Below, piece after piece: positions 29,442 to 39,537 of a stretch of DNA of 64,000 nucleotides. This DNA comes from an uncultured delta proteobacterium (GTDB taxonomy: Bacteria > Desulfobacterota > Binatia > UBA9968): contig CAVSHR010000004.1 in the NCBI GenBank assembly GCA_963727625.1, positions 960,001 to 1,024,000 of the forward strand, given 5' to 3'. The stretch's first letter is position 1. The number at the start of each line of letters is the position of its first letter. A model generated the notes under the pieces. That model was given only the letters and a program-made list of their open reading frames with translations. It had not been told where the DNA came from and made no database searches. The position numbers were made by a program, and so were the translations under genes.

Positions 29442-30557
29442 TTACTCGATTTTGTACAAACGCGCGCAGTTGTCCCACAGGATCTTCCGCCGGTTGTTCT
29501 CGGTCAAGCCGCCGACCTCGAGAAATTCATCGATCGCGTGGGGAAAGTGCGCGTCGATGTGCGGGTAGTCCGTGGACACGACCAGATTGTCGTCGCCCAG
29601 CCGCTTGACAACGTCAGTGACCAGATATTCGTCCGGGTCCACCGAGATGAAACATTGCTCGAGAAAATACTCGCTCGGCTGACGTGACAGCGGCACGTCA
29701 GCCAGCGGGCCGTGAAGTTTTGCTCGCTCGTCAAGCCGATACAGCAGCCAGGGGAGCCAGGCGCAGTTGCCTTCCAAAAACGCTACCCGGAGCTTGGAAA
29801 ACTTTTCCAGTACGCCGCCGGCGCAGAAGCTCGACACCGCTTGAATCAGCTCGACGGGATTACGCAGCGCGAGTGCGATGATGTTGGCGTTGGGATGGCC
29901 GAAAAATTTGTTCGCCACTTGGTCTTGCTTAGGCCGCGCCGGCGGATGAAAGCACAGCGCGACACCAAGCTGTTCGATTTCCGCCCAAAGCGGATCGAAG
30001 CAGCGGTCATGAATCCGCCTGCCGTTGATCGGCTCGGGACAAAGAGACAGTGCCCGGATGCCTAGCTGACCGACGACGCGCCGTACTTCGTCGACCGCGA
30101 GATCGACATCGTGGAGCGTAATCAGGGCCGACGCTTTGAGCCTTTGCGGGTTCTCTTTGCAAAAATCCGCAATCCAGTCGTTCCACGCCTTACACAGATC
30201 GTTGGCGTACTCGGGCTCTAGGGTTTCGTCGCAGTGCAGCGGTGAGGTGCGAAACAAGACTGCCATGTCCAAGCCTTCCCGGTCCATCGCTTCCAGCTGC
30301 GACACCGAGTCGTAGTCCCGGGCCACGGCAAAATCATAGCGATCGGCCACCTGCTTTTGGCCATGATCGATCACGTCGGTGATCGCTCGCAAGGTTTCTT
30401 TACCGCCGCCCAACTTGAACTCGACCCGGCCATGTTTGCCGTTTCTCTGTCCACGCGGGATCCGCTCGCCCCACTTGGGGTTCATGTATTTCTCGTAGAG
30501 AAACGCCGGATCGTAAACATGCATGTCGCTGTCAAAGGCGCGCAATCCATTATTCAT
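29442..30557 (-). CDS. Amidohydrolase_2 family (decarboxylase/hydratase)
   Basis: DSDMH, MD.EG.D, FHP, LEGN..W and STDYPH motifs. Confidence 0.9.
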   Translation of the reverse strand: MNNGLRAFDSDMHVYDPAFLYEKYMNPKWGERIPRGQRNGKHGRVEFKLGGGKETLRAITDVIDHGQKQVADRYDFAVARDYDSVSQLEAMDREGLDMAVLFRTSPLHCDETLEPEYANDLCKAWNDWIADFCKENPQRLKASALITLHDVDLAVDEVRRVVGQLGIRALSLCPEPINGRRIHDRCFDPLWAEIEQLGVALCFHPPARPKQDQVANKFFGHPNANIIALALRNPVELIQAVSSFCAGGVLEKFSKLRVAFLEGNCAWLPWLLYRLDERAKLHGPLADVPLSRQPSEYFLEQCFISVDPDEYLVTDVVKRLGDDNLVVSTDYPHIDAHFPHAIDEFLEVGGLTENNRRKILWDNCARLYKIE

Positions 30558-30573
30558 AAAATCCTCTCGGGAA

Positions 30574-30650
30574 TTGGAGTGGTGGAGTTTTGGAATACTG
30601 GAGTATTGGCAAACCCATCATTCCAACACTCCATTACTCCAGCACTCCAA
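30574..30650. repeat. 8-bp-period TGGAGTA/TACTCCA palindromic repeat, family C, copy 1
   Basis: tggagtgg tggagttt tggaatac tggagtat ... ttccaaca ctccatta ctccagca ctccaa. Confidence 0.85.
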
Positions 30651-30656
30651 TCTCGG

Positions 30657-31610
30657 CTATTTCTTGCTACTCAACGCCTTCTGCACCTCGCGTATCAGCT
30701 TGAAGTCCGCGACCTCCGAATTCGCCACCGGCCGCTCGATCTTCATCGTTTTGCGTCCCTGGTCGACCACCAGTTTGAGGCCGCTATCGGAGATCGTCCC
30801 GTCCTCGCTGAAAATCTTCCAGGTTGCATCGTAAGTCGCCGCCGCACTTTCCCGATCGACCTTGATCCAATCCATCATCGTCTGAATCGTCCCCTCGCGA
30901 TTCGACCGCACGAAGCGATTGGCGCGCAGCAGGGCTTTGAGCATGCGCTTGACTTCGTCGGGCTTCTCTTTGAGTTTTTTTAAATGGGTGCCGAGCCCGG
31001 TGAACGGGAGTTTGAAATGTTCGTAGAAACGCGACAACACATGATAACCCTGCCGCTGTGCGTCCGTGTCAGTGGGCGGGGACAAAACCGCGACGTCGAC
31101 AATCCCCTCTTTCAAGGCCGCATAGCGCGATCGCTCGCCGCCAAGAGGAACAATCTTCAGCTCTTTTTCCGGATCGAGCCCGCCCTGCCTCATCATCATG
31201 CGCGCCGCCACGTCCGAGGTTGCGCCGAACGTGCTGACGGCGAGCGTCTTGCCCTTTAAATCACGAATCGATTTGTACTGGGGCCGGGCGATCAGCAGAT
31301 GCGTCGAGCTGTCCATGAAGCTCGCCACCACCCTCATCGGCATGCCGCGCAGCGCGCCGCGCACCACTGAGGCAAAAACCATCGTGTAATCAATATCGCC
31401 GGTGCTGAGCGCCGTCACCGATACGTTGGCGTTCATCCGGATAAGTTCCACTTCCAGGCCTTCGTCGCGAAACATGCCGCGCTTGAGCGCTACCCCCGAT
31501 GTGAGAAAGGACACGTCGACGGCCGAAATCGACATACGAACCTTATCCGCGGCGCTCGCTGTTCCCGCGGCCAGCAACAACGCTAAAACAACAACCGTCT
31601 TTCGTCTCAT
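30657..31610 (-). CDS. NMT1/THI5-like substrate-binding protein
   Basis: Signal peptide, G.FRDEGLEVE and DLKGK motifs. Confidence 0.88.
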   Translation of the reverse strand: MRRKTVVVLALLLAAGTASAADKVRMSISAVDVSFLTSGVALKRGMFRDEGLEVELIRMNANVSVTALSTGDIDYTMVFASVVRGALRGMPMRVVASFMDSSTHLLIARPQYKSIRDLKGKTLAVSTFGATSDVAARMMMRQGGLDPEKELKIVPLGGERSRYAALKEGIVDVAVLSPPTDTDAQRQGYHVLSRFYEHFKLPFTGLGTHLKKLKEKPDEVKRMLKALLRANRFVRSNREGTIQTMMDWIKVDRESAAATYDATWKIFSEDGTISDSGLKLVVDQGRKTMKIERPVANSEVADFKLIREVQKALSSKK

Positions 31611-31818
31611 GATCTTTCCCTTTGATCCATGAAGAATTTATTGGTGCCTAACGGAGCGCCTTAACCAGATCATCGACTCCGAAATTACAAATTTGACAAG
31701 CACAACGCCTTCGGTTAACTAACGACTTTGTAGTGAGAAGTGACTCACAGATAGCAGAAGGATCGGGTCTGGAGCAACAATTCTCGCCGGGCGGAAACGA
31801 AATATTTCGGAGGTCGCC

Positions 31819-32862
31819 ATGAATGACGCAATACCTGACATCGAAGAGCTCGATCGCCGTCTGGCGGAAAAACAGATTTCCGGCATCTGGCGCATTCCCG
31901 CCGGCGCTCGCCCGGGCGATCCCAAGACGAAAATTCAACCTTATCTTTGGAAGTGGGCCGACATCTACGACGGCCTCGTCCAGGCGCGCGATCAGATTCG
32001 CATCGAGCGCGGCCAAGCCGAGCGGCGCACGCTCCGTCTGGTCAATCCCGGCGCGCAAGAAATCGAAATGACCAGCCATACGATGCTGTTCGCCTTCCAG
32101 ATGATTCAACCCGGCGAAGTCGCGCCGCCGCATCGCCATACCATGGCGGCGATCCGTTTCATTCTTCAAGGCCAGGGCGGCTACACCAACGTCGGCGGCG
32201 AAAAGATGGTGATGGAGGACGGCGACTTGATTCTTACGCCGCAGTGGGCCTGGCACGAGCACGCCCACGAGGGCGCCGATCCGATGATCTGGATCGACGG
32301 CCTCGACGTGCCGTTCATCCAATCGCTGCAGGTGATTTCCTTTGAGCCTTATCCTGACAAGCGCATGCCCGTGGAAGAGCGCGCCTACCCCTCCACTTCC
32401 TACGGCATGGCGCGGCCGGTGAACAGCGAAGAGAATAAACTGCCGGCGCCGCTGCACTACCGCTGGCGCGACATCGAGCCGGCGCTTCGTCGGCTCGCCG
32501 CTGGCCCGGCCAATCCGTACGAAGGCTACGCCATGGAATACGTCAACCCCTTGACCGGCGGGCCGACGCTGCCCACGCTCTCGTGCTGGATTCAATTGCT
32601 CAAGCCCGGACAGCGCACCCACTCGCACCGCCACACCAGCACCGTGCTCTACCACGCCTTTCGCGGCAGCGGCACCACGATGATCAACGGCAAGCCGTTC
32701 CACTGGGAAAAGGGCGATACCTTCGTCCTGCCGCTCTGGCACTGGCACGAGCACGCCAACACCACGGCGAACGACGATGCGATTCTTTTCTCAATGAACG
32801 ACGCCCCGGTGCTAAAGCCCTTCGGTCTCTATCGCGAGCAGGGCCGGGCGAAGCCCATTTAG
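31819..32862 (+). CDS. Gentisate 1,2-dioxygenase-like bicupin
   Basis: ERR.L.L.NPG, HRHT..A.RF, WHEH, W.DGLD.P, NP.TGGP and HRHTS motifs. Confidence 0.9.
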   Translation: MNDAIPDIEELDRRLAEKQISGIWRIPAGARPGDPKTKIQPYLWKWADIYDGLVQARDQIRIERGQAERRTLRLVNPGAQEIEMTSHTMLFAFQMIQPGEVAPPHRHTMAAIRFILQGQGGYTNVGGEKMVMEDGDLILTPQWAWHEHAHEGADPMIWIDGLDVPFIQSLQVISFEPYPDKRMPVEERAYPSTSYGMARPVNSEENKLPAPLHYRWRDIEPALRRLAAGPANPYEGYAMEYVNPLTGGPTLPTLSCWIQLLKPGQRTHSHRHTSTVLYHAFRGSGTTMINGKPFHWEKGDTFVLPLWHWHEHANTTANDDAILFSMNDAPVLKPFGLYREQGRAKPI

Positions 32863-32963
32863 GGCGGTCAACTCCTCGGAGCGATTCGTCCGACGCTGTT
32901 ACTCGCCGCTTTTCGCCTGCTCGCCGATGACGGTGGCCGCTTCAAGGGCAATGCCTCAAAACC

Positions 32964-32992
32964 GGTTTGAACCCATTGAACGATTTGAACAA
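32964..32992. repeat. Family A 9-bp-period repeat
   Basis: tttgaacccattgaacgatttgaac. Confidence 0.75.
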
Positions 32993-32998
32993 TCGTCC

Positions 32999-33961
32999 TC
33001 ACAGATCCAATGTATTCGGCGCGAATAGTTCTTCGAGCGGGACCTTCCGAACGGCCAGTCCTTGTTCGTAGAGATACGTCGAAAGCGTCTCGACGACGTG
33101 GCGATTTTTTTCCATACCGTATGGCCAAGGATCATCGCCGAGGATCTGCTGCTGCTCTTCCACCGGCCGGCGGAACCACGCCAGGCCGATCTTGTACGGC
33201 GACAAATCCTTAAGCCTCCCATAGGCATCTTCTTTGGCCCGCTGGAACGCCTTGAAAAGGCTGCGCGCGATCCACGGATGTTCCTCCCACCGGTCTTGTC
33301 GCAGCGCGACGGAATGCATAATCGGAAATATTCCGGTTTTCTTAAAGTACTCCGCTTCGACTCGCGGCGAGTCCTCGAACAAGCGCCGGATATGCGGCGG
33401 CGGGTTGAACAAGGAGGGAAACAGGCTCGGAATCATAATCGCGTCGAGCTCGCCGTCAAAAAACATCCGATCCGGTTTTCGGTCCGGCGCGATGCGCTTG
33501 ACCTTGTAGCGTTCGGGAAGCTCTATCGCCATTCGCGGATGCGGCGTCCAGAGATGCCACTCGATTTCTTCAAGCTTGACGGCGTATTCATGCTGCAGCA
33601 TGCCGCGCATCCAAACCGTCGCCGTTTGCTGAAACTCGCCCAAACCCACTCGCTTGCCCATGAGATCTTTCGGCTCGCGAATGCCGCTTTTGGTGTTGAT
33701 GAAAATGTAGGAATGCCGAAAGGCCCGCGCCGGAAACACCGGGATCGCGGTCAGCGGTTTTCCCATCGTCTTGGCGGTGATGTACGACGACAATGAGATT
33801 TCCGACGCATCGAAGTCGTAATAGTTCAGCATCCGTGTCCATATTTCGAGATGCGGCAGCACCAGCCAGTTCAGCTCGATCCCTTCCGGCTTGACCGAGC
33901 CGTCGATCAGCGGATGGGTGCGGTCATAATCGCCGCAAGCGATCGTCAATTGAAGTGCCAT
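32999..33961 (-). CDS. 4,5-dihydroxyphthalate decarboxylase-like (periplasmic-binding-protein fold)
   Basis: CGDYDRT, PVFP.R.FRHS, TGIFPIMH and DPWPYG...N motifs; no signal peptide. Confidence 0.85.
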   Translation of the reverse strand: MALQLTIACGDYDRTHPLIDGSVKPEGIELNWLVLPHLEIWTRMLNYYDFDASEISLSSYITAKTMGKPLTAIPVFPARAFRHSYIFINTKSGIREPKDLMGKRVGLGEFQQTATVWMRGMLQHEYAVKLEEIEWHLWTPHPRMAIELPERYKVKRIAPDRKPDRMFFDGELDAIMIPSLFPSLFNPPPHIRRLFEDSPRVEAEYFKKTGIFPIMHSVALRQDRWEEHPWIARSLFKAFQRAKEDAYGRLKDLSPYKIGLAWFRRPVEEQQQILGDDPWPYGMEKNRHVVETLSTYLYEQGLAVRKVPLEELFAPNTLDL

Positions 33962-34037
33962 GCCTTCTCCTCAAGGGTTCGTCATCCTCAAATCACCCGG
34001 CGCGACCGCGCCGCAACCGAAGCAGCAAACTTCGTTG

Positions 34038-34120
34038 CACCCCAGAGGCGCCGAGTACCGGGAGCACCGAGGTGTTGTGCGGAGTATTTCTTCTCGGAGT
34101 ACTCCGCGTCTCCGCGGTGA
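34038..34120. repeat. Family B palindromic repeat, copy 2
   Basis: caccccagaggcgccgag...actccgcgtctccgcggtga. Confidence 0.75.
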
Positions 34121-34124
34121 ATTC

Positions 34125-35528
34125 TTACAACAACTTGTCGGCCCACTTGCCCAGAATTCTCTCTCGCAACTCTTTGCTTGAACGCGAGACCTGCGGAAAT
34201 GTATCCTTCCACTCGTAGGGTCTTGTCGCGTCGATGACCGCCCGCGAGTTCAAGCCCTTTTTGTCCCTCTGAATGATCGGATCCAACGGCCCGCTCCAGC
34301 ATCGCCGGAGAATTTCGATATCTTCCCCCGGATCCGTGCGGGTACAAACCGCCCACATAACGTCGTTCAAGCTGGTCGGATCGATGTCGTCGTCCACCAC
34401 GATCGTGTACCGGCCCAAATAGGCCGCTGCGTGACATTCCGTCGCGATCAGCCCTGCCTGGCGGGCATGGCCCGGATAACGCTGCTTGATCGACAGAACT
34501 AAAAACAAATACGCCGCTCCCGCCGCCTCGTGGTACCACACGCCGCGCACGTCCGGCACGCCGGCCGCTTCCAGGTCATCCCACACCAGGGCGGCTTTGA
34601 GCGGCGCGCGCCACTTGCGCGTGTAGCCCAAAAGGATCGGGTTGCTGCGGTGCATGACGTTGTGAATTTTCACGATCGGCTCCGGTCGCGACGAGCTGCC
34701 GTAATAGCCGGTCCACTCGCCGAACGGCCCTTCGATCTTTTCCGGCCCGGGAACACACTCACCTTCCAGGACAATTTCCGCCGCCGCGGGAATCGGCAGG
34801 CCGGTAAATTCTCCGCGAATCACGTTCACCGGCTCGCCCTGAATGCCGCCGATAAAGTCATACTCGCAGACGCCGTAAGGTACTTCGAGAGCGCCGGCCA
34901 GAAAGATCAGCGGATCGTGCCCCACCGAGATCGCTACTTTGAACGACTCGCCCCGCGCGAACGCCTTGTCGCGGTGGATGCGGCCGTGCCGGCCGGGCGC
35001 GATATAAAAGCCGACCGTGTTCTCGTCGTGGATCATGACCCGCGCCGTGCCGAGGTTGGTCCAACCTTCTTCCGGATCGTGCGTGATATTGACGCTGCCG
35101 GTGCCGATATACCTGCCGCCGTCGAGCTCGAACCAGCGCGGCGTCGGGAAGGACAGGATATTCACGTCTTTGCCGCGCTGGATATTCTCCAGCACGGGCC
35201 CGTCGTGGACCACGCGCGGCGGAAGATGCTTCAGTTCCTTCGACCGCCGCCGCCATTCCGAGACGAATTCCATCGAGCTCAAATTTGGCGACATACCGAG
35301 GCTCAACCCGAGCCGCTTGGTCGAGCCGAGCGAATTGACGACAACCCGATAACCCTTGGGATAACCTTTTACGGAATCAAACAGCACAGCGGGCGAGCTG
35401 CCGCGTTCGTTGACGATATCGGCGACGCCGCCGATCTCCAAGTCCCAGTCCGCCCCTTCGATGGTCCGGATTTCACCGAGTTCGTCAGCTTGCTTGAGCC
35501 AACTCCTCAACCCGTCTGGTTGTTTCAT
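34125..35528 (-). CDS. UbiD-family decarboxylase
   Basis: DGGRYIGTG, NLGTAR, EGPFGEWTGYY and VDDDIDP motifs. Confidence 0.92.
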   Translation of the reverse strand: MKQPDGLRSWLKQADELGEIRTIEGADWDLEIGGVADIVNERGSSPAVLFDSVKGYPKGYRVVVNSLGSTKRLGLSLGMSPNLSSMEFVSEWRRRSKELKHLPPRVVHDGPVLENIQRGKDVNILSFPTPRWFELDGGRYIGTGSVNITHDPEEGWTNLGTARVMIHDENTVGFYIAPGRHGRIHRDKAFARGESFKVAISVGHDPLIFLAGALEVPYGVCEYDFIGGIQGEPVNVIRGEFTGLPIPAAAEIVLEGECVPGPEKIEGPFGEWTGYYGSSSRPEPIVKIHNVMHRSNPILLGYTRKWRAPLKAALVWDDLEAAGVPDVRGVWYHEAAGAAYLFLVLSIKQRYPGHARQAGLIATECHAAAYLGRYTIVVDDDIDPTSLNDVMWAVCTRTDPGEDIEILRRCWSGPLDPIIQRDKKGLNSRAVIDATRPYEWKDTFPQVSRSSKELRERILGKWADKLL

Positions 35529-35584
35529 TGTTCCTCGCTGAAAGTTCAAGCCGCTTCGGAAAAAGCACTCTGTGTCACTTCCAA

Positions 35585-35637
35585 ACGTTTTGAACGGCTG
35601 GAACTGTTTGAACGATTTTTTAATCTCCCGTTGAACT
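35585..35637. repeat. Family A 9-bp-period repeat
   Basis: ttttgaacggctggaactgtttgaacg. Confidence 0.7.
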
Positions 35638-35753
35638 TCCGTGAGCAGCCGTAAATCCGGCGCGCCCCGCTATTTGCTGATGAACTTGATCGAACAGGCG
35701 AGACGTTGCTGAAGAAATCGCGGCGATTTTAAGGAAAATCCTTTCCTGCGCAG

Positions 35754-36245
35754 TTAAACTTTTCGCTTCTGATATTCGTGAGCCGCTTCGAGTATCGATT
35801 GGGCGATCGCGCCATAGGCGCCGCAGCGGCAGATGTTTCCGCTGAGCCACTCGGCAATTTGTGCGCGGGTGGGATCGGGATTGTCCATTAACAGCCCCTT
35901 CGCCGCCATGATTTGCCCCGGCGTGCAATAGCCGCACTGCGCGCCGATGTTGCGGATGAAGGCTTCCTGGAGCGGATCCAACCCATCGCCGCGCGCCACG
36001 CCTTCGATCGTCAGCACGGATTTACCGTGCGCCTCGAAGGCTAAATAATTGCACGAACTCACCGGGCGACCCTCGACCAGCACCGTGCAGGCACCGCACA
36101 CCTCCGACTCACAGGAGCGCTTTGTGCCTGTGAGCCGCAGGCGATTGCGTAGGAACTCAAGCAGCGTTTCTTCGATCCGAACTTCGCCGGACCAGGATTT
36201 ACCGTTCACCGTAAGGGATAAGCTAAATTTACTTTGGGCATTCAT
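35754..36245 (-). CDS. Xanthine-oxidase-family 2Fe-2S subunit (CoxS-like)
   Basis: C....CGAC, QCGYCTPG and GNICRC motifs. Confidence 0.93.
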   Translation of the reverse strand: MNAQSKFSLSLTVNGKSWSGEVRIEETLLEFLRNRLRLTGTKRSCESEVCGACTVLVEGRPVSSCNYLAFEAHGKSVLTIEGVARGDGLDPLQEAFIRNIGAQCGYCTPGQIMAAKGLLMDNPDPTRAQIAEWLSGNICRCGAYGAIAQSILEAAHEYQKRKV

Positions 36246-37102
36246 TAGAGTTGCTCTGATAAGTCCTCTAGCGCATCCCGGAGCATGAGGCCCGTCATGT
36301 GCAATTTGTATTCTGCGCTGCCCAACAGGTCATCGACCGGCCGCAGAGTTTCGCGTAGATAAGGTTTCTCTTCCGCCACGATTCGCACCGTGTCGCTTGG
36401 CCCGATACCGTTAAGTTTTGCTTCAAGTCTAGTCAAGCGTTGGGCTATTGGACCTACACAACCCACCGCTATTCTCACATCTTCGACGGCGCCGTTACTC
36501 AAGCGGGCGCCAACTGCCACGCCGAGTGTCGGTCTTTGATAGCGATGAAGCCGTCGATAAGCGCTTTTCATGCCCGCGGGCAACACTGGGATGTCGATTT
36601 CCAGCAACAACTCACTCGGTTCGAGAACGGTCGCGTACATATCGACGAAGAAGTCATGAAGAGCCACGCTTCGCTCGCCTTTATCGTTTCCGACCATCAC
36701 CGAAGCGTTATGAATGAGCAGTACCGTTCCCGGATCGGAGTGCGGATCGTTGAAGGCAAGATTGCCGCCGAGCGTTCCTTGATTTCTCACGCGCACGTTT
36801 GCGACTTGCGATTCGGCGTACGCCAACGACGGCGCGTGCTCGCGCACGATCGCGCTGTTCCCCAGCGCCTGGTGCGTCACGCAGGCGCCGACGCGCAGCG
36901 TGCCGTCTTTCCGTTCCATCCGATGCAACCGCTCGATTCTCTTCAAATCGACGAGCACTTCGGATTGCAGCAAACCGTTACGGAGCAGCAGCAGCAATTC
37001 CGCGCCGCCCGCATAGAGGTTAGCCTTTTCGCCTAAGTCCGCGAGCGCTCTCGACGCTTCGTGAACGGTGGCGGGCTGCACAAGCTTCAATTGACTCAGC
37101 AT
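36245..37102 (-). CDS. Xanthine-oxidase-family FAD subunit (CoxM-like)
   Basis: AGG.EL and VRN.GTLGGNL...DP.SD motifs. Confidence 0.92.
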   Translation of the reverse strand: MLSQLKLVQPATVHEASRALADLGEKANLYAGGAELLLLLRNGLLQSEVLVDLKRIERLHRMERKDGTLRVGACVTHQALGNSAIVREHAPSLAYAESQVANVRVRNQGTLGGNLAFNDPHSDPGTVLLIHNASVMVGNDKGERSVALHDFFVDMYATVLEPSELLLEIDIPVLPAGMKSAYRRLHRYQRPTLGVAVGARLSNGAVEDVRIAVGCVGPIAQRLTRLEAKLNGIGPSDTVRIVAEEKPYLRETLRPVDDLLGSAEYKLHMTGLMLRDALEDLSEQL

Positions 37103-37154
37103 AAGTTTAGATTCACAGGATTAACTCAGAGCATAAACGTGAAACTCAAAACGG

Positions 37155-39440
37155 TCAGATTTTTTTCATCGCCCGCAGAATCTTTTCCGGCGTGATCGGC
37201 AAAGAGCGGACGCGCACGCCCAGCGCGTCAAAGATCGCATTGCCGATGGCCGGCCCGACGGTGACAATCGAGGTTTGCGCCATGCCTTTCGAACCAAAGG
37301 GGCCCGGACCGTCGCCTTTCTCCAGCATCGATGAGTAAAATTTCACCGGAATGTCTTTCATTGCCGGCAGGCGATACTGAAACGAGTCGCCGTTTTGGAA
37401 CTGGCCGTCTTGATAAACGGTTTCTTCGAACAAGGCATGACCGAAACCCATCACTGCCCCGCCGTCCACTTGCGACTTGGCCGAAGGATAATGAATCGCT
37501 TTGCCGGCGTCGGCGATCACCGCGTAGCCCAGGATGCGCAGCTCGCCGGTGTCCCGGTTCACTTCCAGATCGACCGCCGCGCCGCTTGGCGCCCAATGAT
37601 CCATGCCCGAGAAAGCCGAATCCTTTACCATCGGCGGCACGCTATGGTAACCGACCGCCTTCAAGACCACGCCGCCGCCGATGAGCCTAATGATCTCAGA
37701 GATGGAAAAACTCGTTTCCCCCCAGCACAGCCGCCCCTCAATCAGTTGCCACTCCTCAGGCTTGCCGCCCTTCGCTTGCGCCGCCAGCGCGAACAATTCC
37801 TGCTTGAGCCTATCGCAGGCGTTGCGCACCGCGTTTCCCATCTGCATGGTCGTCCGTTGCGCGCTGACGCCGGCAAAGGGCAGGCTCACCGCCGTGTCCG
37901 GCGTGCCCACGCGAACTTGATTTTGCCGAATGTCCAGGGTTTGCGCCGCAATAACACTAAAAAGATTGTGCGTGCCCTGGCCGATCTCCGGCGCATTGTG
38001 TTGGATCGTGACGACTCCGCGCGCGTCCATCGTGGCTAGGGCGTAGGCTCTGCCGCCGCCTTGAGAGCCGTGCCGCAGGCTGAGCGCCATGCCGCGCCCG
38101 CGCGCCCAGCGCGGGCCGTTGGCCGCCTTCGCGGACGATGTCAAATTCGACTTGCCATCCCAACCGATGCCCGCAACCGCCTCGGCCATGAGATCGAGAT
38201 AATCCGTGTCCATGCGAGGGGTGCCTTTGCAGACAAAATCCCCGCGCAACAGCACATTCTTTTTGCGAAACTCATAAGGATCGATGTCCAGTTGGCGCGC
38301 GACGCTGTCCATCGTGGACTCGATGCCCCAAGTCGTTTGCACTTTGCCGGTCGCGCGGGTATGGCCGGCGGGGACTTTGTTGGTATAAACGCAGCGCCCT
38401 TTGATGCGCAGGTTCGGAATGCGATAGCAGCCCCAGGCGGAAATCACCGAGTTGTGCGCGGCGGTAGCGCCGCCGGTCGTATACGCTCCGGTGTCAACGA
38501 TCAGATCGACGTCCAGCGCGGTGATGGTTCCGTCGGCTTTGACGCCCACCCTGGCTTTGAAGACTTCCGCGTGCCGGGAATTTTGCCGGAAGCTATACTC
38601 CGCCGAAGCTATCAAGCGGACCGGACGGCCGATTTTTCGCGATAGAAAAAGCGCGCCGAAGTGCGCGGTGGTGGGAATTTTCGAGCCGAAACCGCCGCCC
38701 ACGTAGGGCACCCGCAGACGAACGTTTTCCGGTTCAATACCGAGAAAGTGCGCGAACTCGGCGGCGTCGCGCATCGGCGAGCTGGTTGGCAGCCAGACAT
38801 TTGCTTCGCCGCTGAGATATTGCATGAGGCAGCCGCCAATCGGTTCCATCGGATGATGAAACATCGAAGGTGATGAAAAAGTCTCCTCGAACACGCGGTC
38901 CGCTTGGCGAAACCCTTCGGCGATATCGCCCCACGCCAGGCTGTCTTCCAGTAAAAGATTACTGCCGTGCTCTTCGTGCACAATCGGCGCACCAGGCACC
39001 AGCGCGTCGGTAGCGTCGAAGACCGGCGTCAGCGGTTCGTACTCGACGTGAATTTTTTCCACCGCGCGCTCCGCAGTGCGCAAATCCTCGGCGACGACCA
39101 CCGCCACGAGATCGCCATCATAACGAACCTTATCGATGGCGACGAAATCCTGATCGTCGGTGATCTTCAAATGCTCATGGGGCGCAAGCTTGAGCCGGGG
39201 ATTTACCCCGTCGAGATGGTCGCGGTCGACGATACCCAGGACGCCGGGTATCTTCAGCGCTTCGGAAGCATCGATGCTGCGTATTCGCGCATGAGAGTAA
39301 GGACTCAGCAAAGGCGCGCCATAGGCCGTGTTCGGCAGATCCGGCAGATCTTCGACATACTGCGCTTGGCCGGTGACCTTCTCTTTTAAGTCGATACGCG
39401 ACACGGCCGGTCGAGAGTTTTGGAACTCGGATCCCATCAT
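37155..39440 (-). CDS. Xanthine-oxidase-family molybdopterin-binding subunit
   Basis: KVTG.A.Y, SPYSHARI, GGGFGSK, EIGQG and GNAIFDALG.R...LPITPE motifs. Confidence 0.93.
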   Translation of the reverse strand: MMGSEFQNSRPAVSRIDLKEKVTGQAQYVEDLPDLPNTAYGAPLLSPYSHARIRSIDASEALKIPGVLGIVDRDHLDGVNPRLKLAPHEHLKITDDQDFVAIDKVRYDGDLVAVVVAEDLRTAERAVEKIHVEYEPLTPVFDATDALVPGAPIVHEEHGSNLLLEDSLAWGDIAEGFRQADRVFEETFSSPSMFHHPMEPIGGCLMQYLSGEANVWLPTSSPMRDAAEFAHFLGIEPENVRLRVPYVGGGFGSKIPTTAHFGALFLSRKIGRPVRLIASAEYSFRQNSRHAEVFKARVGVKADGTITALDVDLIVDTGAYTTGGATAAHNSVISAWGCYRIPNLRIKGRCVYTNKVPAGHTRATGKVQTTWGIESTMDSVARQLDIDPYEFRKKNVLLRGDFVCKGTPRMDTDYLDLMAEAVAGIGWDGKSNLTSSAKAANGPRWARGRGMALSLRHGSQGGGRAYALATMDARGVVTIQHNAPEIGQGTHNLFSVIAAQTLDIRQNQVRVGTPDTAVSLPFAGVSAQRTTMQMGNAVRNACDRLKQELFALAAQAKGGKPEEWQLIEGRLCWGETSFSISEIIRLIGGGVVLKAVGYHSVPPMVKDSAFSGMDHWAPSGAAVDLEVNRDTGELRILGYAVIADAGKAIHYPSAKSQVDGGAVMGFGHALFEETVYQDGQFQNGDSFQYRLPAMKDIPVKFYSSMLEKGDGPGPFGSKGMAQTSIVTVGPAIGNAIFDALGVRVRSLPITPEKILRAMKKI

Positions 39441-39466
39441 CGCGTCCAAGCGAGCCGACGGTGACG

Positions 39467-39497
39467 TTGACAACCGTCTTGGCGTTCAGCTAAGTGT
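39467..39497 (+). promoter_or_regulatory. Putative sigma70 promoter for the diiron enzyme/cupin genes
   Basis: Perfect TTGACA at 39467 with a weak -10 (taagtg) about 18 bp downstream, in a 97-bp divergent intergenic region. Confidence 0.4.
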
Positions 39498-39537
39498 TTG
39501 GCAAGAAATACTTTCATCGCGAGAAAGGAACGGGTCT

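Noticed and set aside
35640-35755. EEIAAILRKIL peptide next to a family A repeat as a four-helix-bundle gene remnant
   Set aside because: Too short to support without a search.
35754-39440. Aerobic CO dehydrogenase (coxLMS) call
   Set aside because: The large subunit lacks the AYXCSFR or AYXGAGR active-site loop.
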